Shown here one piece after another: positions 58,735 to 64,000 of a DNA stretch of 64,000 nucleotides. A program made the position numbers and the translations under genes. Source of the DNA: an uncultured Candidatus Saccharibacteria bacterium (GTDB taxonomy: Bacteria > Patescibacteriota > Minisyncoccia > Phycocordibacterales > Zambryskibacteraceae); contig CAYHLZ010000001.1 in NCBI GenBank assembly GCA_964357635.1, positions 44,917 through 108,916 on the forward strand, written 5' to 3'. Positions within the stretch are counted from its first letter, which is position 1. Every line of letters starts with the position of its first letter. The notes beneath the pieces are model-generated. The model had not been told where the DNA came from, did not search any database, and was given only the letters and a program-made list of their open reading frames with translations.

Positions 58735-60060
58735 ATGCCTCCTGCTAAATCCTTTTTTAAGAACCTCCTGTACTCTTTTATCGTTTTAATTCTTCTTCTC
58801 GGAATTCTTTTTTTATCTAGAAGTTTTATAGAAAAAGTAGTTTCCAACCCGCTAGATTACTTCAAGAGCCCATTATCAGCGACAGACATATATTTCTCGG
58901 CAGTATTTATAGCTCTTATCGTTATCGCTGTTTTATTTTCCTACATTGTTTACTTGTTACTCGGCTACAAGACACGCTTTGATCTTGAAATATGGAGTGC
59001 CACCAAGGATACCGCCCTGTCTAAAGAACAATTTAAAAAACTTTATGAGAGCGCCCCAGTGCCATATATCCTTTTGGACAAAGAAGCAACAATTCATAAC
59101 CCAAACAAGGCTGCCCTTCGGTTCTTTGGCGTTCTTCCAGAGGAGATTGAGGGTAAAAATATCTTTTCCTACATCGCAGGCGAGGACAGGGGACCAGCAG
59201 AAAAAATGTTTCAGTATTACAAGTCCAGCATGCCTATCAATAGAAAAGAAATGGATATGGTGACGAAAAGTGGAGAGGTGCGTTCGGTACAACTCTCTAT
59301 CTTTGAGATGAAGAATCCTGGTAGTTTCTCCACCACAGGTCTCGCCATGATTTTTGATATCACCGAACAGAAGATGCTTGATAAGGCCAAGACCGAATTC
59401 GTCTCACTCGCATCTCACCAGTTGAGAACTCCCTTGGCCACCACAAAGTGGCTTACAGAAATGCTTGTCTCGGGAGATATCGGTGAACTTTCTCCCAAAC
59501 AAAGTGAGTATCTGGACAAATTGCATACTGCCAACGAAGACATGGTGGATCTAGTTGACGTGCTTCTAAATGTTTCAAGAATTGAGATGGGCTCACTCTC
59601 CGTTGATTTGAAGCCGACCAACGTAGAAGAACTAACAGAGAGTATTTTAAACGAATTGGCCTTTCTCGTAGATAAAAAGAAGATACAAGTGAAGAAAGAG
59701 TATAACGGACTTTTGAAAGATATAAAAAGTGACCCAAAGCTTTTGCGAATCGTGATACAAAACTTGGTTTCCAACGCTCTCAAGTACACCCCAATTGGCG
59801 GGACAGTTACAATCTCCTTTGAAGAAAGAGGGAACGAGAAAAGGATCAAGGTTTCTGATACTGGGTTTGGTATACCCAAGAGTCAGCAGTCCAAGATTTT
59901 CACAAAATTGTTCAGAGCAGACAATGTTCGCCAGCTGACTGACAGCCAAGGCACTGGTTTGGGTCTCTATCTGGTAAAATCGGTGGTAGCCTCTATTGGA
60001 GGGAGTATCAACTTTGTATCGGAGGAAAACAAAGGTAGCACGTTTACTATAACGCTATAA
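58735..60060 (+). CDS. Sensor histidine kinase (TM + PAS-like + HisKA + HATPase)
   Basis: Two N-terminal TMs; H-box FVSLASHQLRTPL; N, G1, G2 boxes (NLVSNALKYT, DTGFGIP, GTGLGL). Confidence 0.8.
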   Translation: MPPAKSFFKNLLYSFIVLILLLGILFLSRSFIEKVVSNPLDYFKSPLSATDIYFSAVFIALIVIAVLFSYIVYLLLGYKTRFDLEIWSATKDTALSKEQFKKLYESAPVPYILLDKEATIHNPNKAALRFFGVLPEEIEGKNIFSYIAGEDRGPAEKMFQYYKSSMPINRKEMDMVTKSGEVRSVQLSIFEMKNPGSFSTTGLAMIFDITEQKMLDKAKTEFVSLASHQLRTPLATTKWLTEMLVSGDIGELSPKQSEYLDKLHTANEDMVDLVDVLLNVSRIEMGSLSVDLKPTNVEELTESILNELAFLVDKKKIQVKKEYNGLLKDIKSDPKLLRIVIQNLVSNALKYTPIGGTVTISFEERGNEKRIKVSDTGFGIPKSQQSKIFTKLFRADNVRQLTDSQGTGLGLYLVKSVVASIGGSINFVSEENKGSTFTITL

Positions 60061-60084
60061 ATAAAGTATAATTAATCTACCAAT

Positions 60085-60468
60085 ATGGATAATGAAAAAA
60101 AGAAAATTTTAATAGTTGACGACAATGAGAATCTGGTAACGGTCTTGGTAGACAAATTTAGTAAGTCCGGCTTTGAGACACTTGGAGCTGTTAATGGCGA
60201 AGACGGTCTTAAAAAGGCATTAGAATTTCATCCAGATATAATTTTGCTTGACCTTGTTATGCCAGTGATGGACGGACTTGGGATGTTGAAACAGTTGAGA
60301 GAAGATGTGTGGGGCAAGACTGCTAAGGTCATGATTCTCACTCTTCTTGATGATGCGGGTTATGTGGCAAATGCCATGGATGCAAACGTGCTTGGTTATA
60401 TTGTAAAGACCGATTTGAGTCTAGACGGCATAGTCAAACAAATAAAAACTGTACTGAAGATCATCTAA
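60085..60468 (+). CDS. Single-domain response regulator (CheY-like receiver)
   Basis: ILIVDDNENL, phospho-acceptor DIILLDLVMPVMDG, KVMILT. Confidence 0.8.
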   Translation: MDNEKKKILIVDDNENLVTVLVDKFSKSGFETLGAVNGEDGLKKALEFHPDIILLDLVMPVMDGLGMLKQLREDVWGKTAKVMILTLLDDAGYVANAMDANVLGYIVKTDLSLDGIVKQIKTVLKII

Positions 60469-60583
60469 GGATGTCACTTAAGTAGCAGAGGAAGTATATT
60501 TTTGTGTGTAGTATAATTGTAATGTTGCACAATCTCGTGATGTAAATCACAGAACCGATAGTCATTACTATTAACTTAACAAA

Positions 60584-61000
60584 ATGATAAATAAGAAACT
60601 CATGTTTCTTTGTAGTGTTTTGGTGTGCGCTGTTTTCGCATTTAGTATTGTCGTGTCAAATGTTAGGTCGGCCGCTAGCGTAACCTCATCCGAAATCCTA
60701 AATCCAGTTGGGTTGCTTTGGATAGACATTCTTACAGGTGACGCAACCATGTATCTGGTAGATGCAGATGGCATGACTGAGGATGAGAATTACACTCTCC
60801 CCGATGTTGATCAGCACGACGGAGATATTTTGCTATTTAAGCTAACCGGAGGAGTGTCGGAGTACATCTTCAATATACTCCCAGCAAGTGGGGATAAAAT
60901 TGATGACAACACAAGCATCAATATATCCAGTCCAAGTGATTTTTACATGTTATTGGGTGACTCAGATAATGCCACATGGTGGATTATTGGTCGCAACTAA
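60584..61000 (+). CDS. Hypothetical secreted protein
   Basis: Signal peptide; no motif. Confidence 0.35.
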   Translation: MINKKLMFLCSVLVCAVFAFSIVVSNVRSAASVTSSEILNPVGLLWIDILTGDATMYLVDADGMTEDENYTLPDVDQHDGDILLFKLTGGVSEYIFNILPASGDKIDDNTSINISSPSDFYMLLGDSDNATWWIIGRN

Positions 61001-61244
61001 TAAACAATTCTCTTCTGGTATCGGGCTAGGTATGTGCAACACCAGATCCTTTTAGGGGCTCGGGTATTACCTAGCCCGGTATCGGCAGATAATTCTGAGT
61101 TTTTCTTGTTAAAAATAAGATAAGCAACTTGTATTCTTATCCTTTTAAATCTCTTTTGTAAAGTGGCCACCACTCTCATAAATTCTCACGAGGCAAAAAA
61201 CATATGGACTTTGAAAATGATGCAAGGTAAGTTATTCTGATTCC

Positions 61245-62066
61245 ATGTCCAAACTTCAGATAGGTATTGTTGGTCTGCCAAATGTTGGGAAGTCTACGCT
61301 CTTTAATGCACTTACAAAAAAATCTGTACCAGCAGAGAACTATCCCTTCTGCACCATAGACCCTTCCGTTGGTATTGTGCCTGTACCTGACGAAAGGCTA
61401 GAAAAACTTTCTAAGTTATCAAAATCTAAAAAAACTATTCCAGCGGTGGTAGAATTTGTTGATATTGCTGGACTTGTGAAGGGCGCATCGGAGGGGGAAG
61501 GGCTCGGTAACAAATTTCTTTCCCACATTCGCGAGGTGGATGCCATTATTGAAGTGGTTAGAACCTTTGAGGATTCAGACATTATCCATGTGCACGAAAA
61601 GGTTGATCCAATCTTTGACATTGAGATTATTAATATGGAACTTGAGGCAGCGGGGATAAAGAAGCCAACTCTTTATGTTTTAAATATTTCAGAGGTTTCT
61701 GGGCAGATATCGGCAGAATTCAAGTCAAAAATTCCTGGACCGTATCTAGAAGTTGACCCAATTTTCGGCACAGGGCTTGATAAACTTATCATTGAAGCCT
61801 ACAAACTTCTTGATCTAATCACTTTTCTGACTACAGGAGAAGACGAGACAAGAGCCTGGACAACTCGTCGAGGCTCTACTGCACCAGAGGCAGGCAAGTC
61901 AATACACAGTGATTTTCAAGAAAAATTTATACGCGCAGAAGTAATCCACTACGACAAACTTATGGAAGCAGGTTCCTATGCCTTGGCACGCGAGAAGGGT
62001 TGGCTCCGAACGGAGGGGAAGGAGTACATCGTCCAAGATGGTGATGTCATTGAGTTTTTAATCTGA
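61245..62066 (+). CDS. ychF: Ribosome-binding ATPase YchF (short form)
   Basis: G1 GIVGLPNVGKSTLFNAL, G3, C-terminal TGS domain ending QDGDVIEFLI; shorter than canonical. Confidence 0.85.
   Translation: MSKLQIGIVGLPNVGKSTLFNALTKKSVPAENYPFCTIDPSVGIVPVPDERLEKLSKLSKSKKTIPAVVEFVDIAGLVKGASEGEGLGNKFLSHIREVDAIIEVVRTFEDSDIIHVHEKVDPIFDIEIINMELEAAGIKKPTLYVLNISEVSGQISAEFKSKIPGPYLEVDPIFGTGLDKLIIEAYKLLDLITFLTTGEDETRAWTTRRGSTAPEAGKSIHSDFQEKFIRAEVIHYDKLMEAGSYALAREKGWLRTEGKEYIVQDGDVIEFLI
62036..62064 (+). repeat. Direct repeat A1: 3' end of ychF (AGATGGTGATGTCATTGAGTTTTTAATCT)
   Basis: 27/29 identical to 62663..62691; both encode DGDVIEFLI* in frame. Confidence 0.75.
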
Positions 62067-62494
62067 TGAAAATTATTAAACGAAAAGCGAATCTTATACC
62101 TTATCGTTTTGTAGAAAACCACTTCGAATTCCATTTATCTCATCGCTCAAAAACTGCCAAGCAGTATCCTGACAATTGGAGTTTTTGGGGAGGTGGAATA
62201 GAGGGGGATGAAACACCTGAACAGGCATTGATTCGAGAGGTTCAAGAAGAGCTTAATTGGAAACTAAATAAATTTGAATTTCTTGGAACTTATTATGATT
62301 CAATGCCAAATGAAAAATTTATTTTCTTTACCAAGGTCAGTGATGACTTTGAGAAGCAAATAGAAATCCGCGAAAGTCAGGGTGGAAGATTTTTTACAAG
62401 AGAAAATGTTGAGAAGGACGCAAAAATAATTTCCGAAGATAAAAAACCGCTTTTTGACCTAGCTGATCTTCTTACGAAGATGGTAGTGTCGTAG
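62066..62494 (+). CDS. Nudix hydrolase (cargo of ychF-adjacent islet)
   Basis: Nudix box GGGIEGDETPEQALIREVQEELNW. Confidence 0.65.
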   Translation: MKIIKRKANLIPYRFVENHFEFHLSHRSKTAKQYPDNWSFWGGGIEGDETPEQALIREVQEELNWKLNKFEFLGTYYDSMPNEKFIFFTKVSDDFEKQIEIRESQGGRFFTRENVEKDAKIISEDKKPLFDLADLLTKMVVS

Positions 62495-62504
62495 AGTTTA
62501 AGAT
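62478..62504 (+). repeat. Direct repeat B1: 3' end of Nudix gene (AGATGGTAGTGTCGTAGAGTTTAAGAT)
   Basis: Resembles 62863..62889 (first 11 nt identical, ~80% overall). Confidence 0.5.
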
Positions 62505-62519
62505 TTAGGTAAATAAATT

Positions 62520-62693
62520 ATGAAGAAAAAACAAAAAATCACTAAAAAACCAACAAGATCACTTGAAACCATCGCCCACTTCCGTTGCGGGAATTGCGGT
62601 AAATGGTGGTCTATAGGTGATGCACCAATATTAAGGAAAAAATGGTGGTGTCCATGGTGTGGAAAGATGGTGACGTTATTGAGTTTTTAATCT
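62520..62693 (+). CDS. Small zinc-ribbon protein whose last 9 codons duplicate the YchF C-terminus
   Basis: MKKKQKITKKPTRSLETIAHFRCGNCGKWWSIGDAPILRKKWWCPWCGKDGDVIEFLI*; CxxC...CxxC; 3' end equals repeat A2. Confidence 0.35.
62663..62691 (+). repeat. Direct repeat A2: second copy of ychF 3' end
   Basis: See A1. Confidence 0.75.
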
Positions 62694-62862
62694 AGGCAAT
62701 AAAAAAGGTCGCGATGTCATGGAAACGTATGTTGTCCATGACATCCGACCAGGTGAGTTGCAAGACCAGCACCATCACAGGGTAAACCTGATAGTTTGAT
62801 ATCGGCCGTAGGGTCGGGTATCTAATCCGACCTTTCGCAACTTGTCAAAGTATAACATCTAG

Positions 62863-62889
62863 AGATGGTAGTGCGATAGAGCTTAGGAT
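62863..62889 (+). repeat. Direct repeat B2: second copy of Nudix 3'-end sequence
   Basis: See B1; lies just upstream of the 62901 gene. Confidence 0.5.
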
Positions 62890-62900
62890 ATAATATAAAT

Positions 62901-63818
62901 ATGAATACTAAAACAACAGCCAAAGATTTCCTTTTACACCTTGCCACCGTTGCCCTGCTTTATGCCGGTACGGTTGCACTTCTCAACATTCTTTTCAGGG
63001 TTATAAACACCGCCTTCCCCGAAGTTAATCAGTATGGTTACTACGGCTCGTCTTCTATAAGCTTTCCTGTCGCCACTCTCATTGTAGTCTTTCCACTATT
63101 TCTATTTCTCGCCAATCTCTTACGTAAGGGCTATGCCGAAGACCCATCTCGCAAAGAGTACGCAGTTCGTAAGTGGCTTATCTATATAACTCTTTTTGTC
63201 GCAGGTGCGGTGCTTGCGGGGGATCTCATTACCCTTATCTATCGCTTTCTTGACGGACAAGAACTCACCACTGCTTTTCTTTTGAAAGTCCTTGCTGTCT
63301 TTGTTGTCACCGGCTCAATTTTCGGTTACTACCTAGACGACCTCAAAGACAGACTAAGTGGTTTTAGGAGAACCTTGTGGAGAGTTGTCGCAGTGATTCT
63401 CGTCGTTGGTTCAATAGTCGCCGGCTTCTCTGTTCTCGGTACTCCGCAGAGTCAACGTATGCTCCGATATGATTCGCAAAAACTTTCTGACTTACAGAGC
63501 ATCCAGTCACAAGTACTAAATTATTGGCAACAGAAAGGTGCTGTGCCCGCCTCACTTGAAGAACTCAAGGACCCGCTATCTTATTTTGATATTCCTTTGG
63601 ACCCTGAAAGCAAAGCGAATTACGAATACAAAAAGACTGGAGCACTCTCCTTTGAGCTCTGTGCCGAATTCAACAAAGAAAGCACCAAAGATTCCATGTC
63701 TCGCGTAGCTTATATAGAACTGGTAGGCAAAACTTCAGAAAATTGGCAGCATGGCGCTGGACGGCACTGCTTCTCTCGCACTATTGACCCACAACTCTAT
63801 CCAGTAAGACCTAAGTAA
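62901..63818 (+). CDS. Polytopic membrane protein, unknown function
   Basis: Five to six TM helices followed by a soluble C-terminal domain; no motif recognised. Confidence 0.4.
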   Translation: MNTKTTAKDFLLHLATVALLYAGTVALLNILFRVINTAFPEVNQYGYYGSSSISFPVATLIVVFPLFLFLANLLRKGYAEDPSRKEYAVRKWLIYITLFVAGAVLAGDLITLIYRFLDGQELTTAFLLKVLAVFVVTGSIFGYYLDDLKDRLSGFRRTLWRVVAVILVVGSIVAGFSVLGTPQSQRMLRYDSQKLSDLQSIQSQVLNYWQQKGAVPASLEELKDPLSYFDIPLDPESKANYEYKKTGALSFELCAEFNKESTKDSMSRVAYIELVGKTSENWQHGAGRHCFSRTIDPQLYPVRPK

Positions 63819-63838
63819 TCTTTTGTTATACTAGCCAT

Positions 63839-64000
63839 ATGGCTAGAGAGTACGACCCAAAAGAAATTGAAAGCAAGTGGCAGAAAGAGTGGCAGAAGTC
63901 AGGCATCTATGAAGTCGCAAACTCTTCAAAAAAACCCAAGTATTACGCACTAGTAGAATTTCCTTATCCTTCCGGCGACGGTCTTCATGTCGGGCATGCT
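63839..64000 (+). CDS. leuS: Leucyl-tRNA synthetase (N-terminal fragment; continues beyond window)
   Basis: MAREYDPKEIESKWQKEWQKSGIYEV...KYYALVEFPYPSGDGLHVGHA matches the LeuRS N-terminus with HIGH-type motif HVGH. Confidence 0.75.
   Translation, partial: MAREYDPKEIESKWQKEWQKSGIYEVANSSKKPKYYALVEFPYPSGDGLHVGHA

Overview
The window has an AT-rich backbone with compact gene spacing and several trimmed housekeeping genes (short UvrC and YchF, minimal HisRS-like). This is consistent with a reduced-genome bacterium such as a Patescibacteria/CPR-like lineage, but that placement is an inference from gene content only.

Recognisable core genes are the rpoC 3' end, dnaG, rpoD, typA/bipA, mreB, tgt, a contiguous uvrB-uvrA-uvrC, ddl, acyP, uppS, a def-fmt fusion, hpf, tag, ychF and the leuS 5' end. 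The window also holds two tRNAs and one atypical tRNA-like element.

Three regions stand out.

1. A type IV pilus locus (11.6-19.0 kb): pilB-like ATPase, pilC, and five prepilin-type proteins. Two of these are large modular pilins, one carrying an LVIVD beta-propeller module and one a vWA module with a poly-proline tract.

2. A cluster of four paralogous secreted proteins (47.7-52.7 kb) whose N-termini match the SipW-cognate signal region of Bacillus TasA/CalY (camelysin). They are encoded together with a SipW-type (ER/archaeal-type S26) signal peptidase. This is my best candidate for an undescribed extracellular fibre/matrix system in this lineage.

3. Three GC-rich islets, each flanked by direct repeats that duplicate the 3' end of the gene they sit behind:
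- uppS: a ~70-bp repeat around a 1.2-kb insert.
- ychF and a Nudix cargo gene: interleaved repeats.
- tRNA-Asn: serial partial 3'-end copies, each followed by a recurring TTTTATAAAAG-hairpin boundary motif.

This pattern suggests a recurrent site-specific insertion process that rebuilds target gene ends. No integrase is visible in the window.

Other notable items:
- XRE/ImmA-IrrE and XRE/operator modules.
- Candidate structured ncRNAs.
- A 20-nt motif shared between the rpoD leader and a tasA-like leader.
- A poly-lysine N-terminal tail on RpoD.
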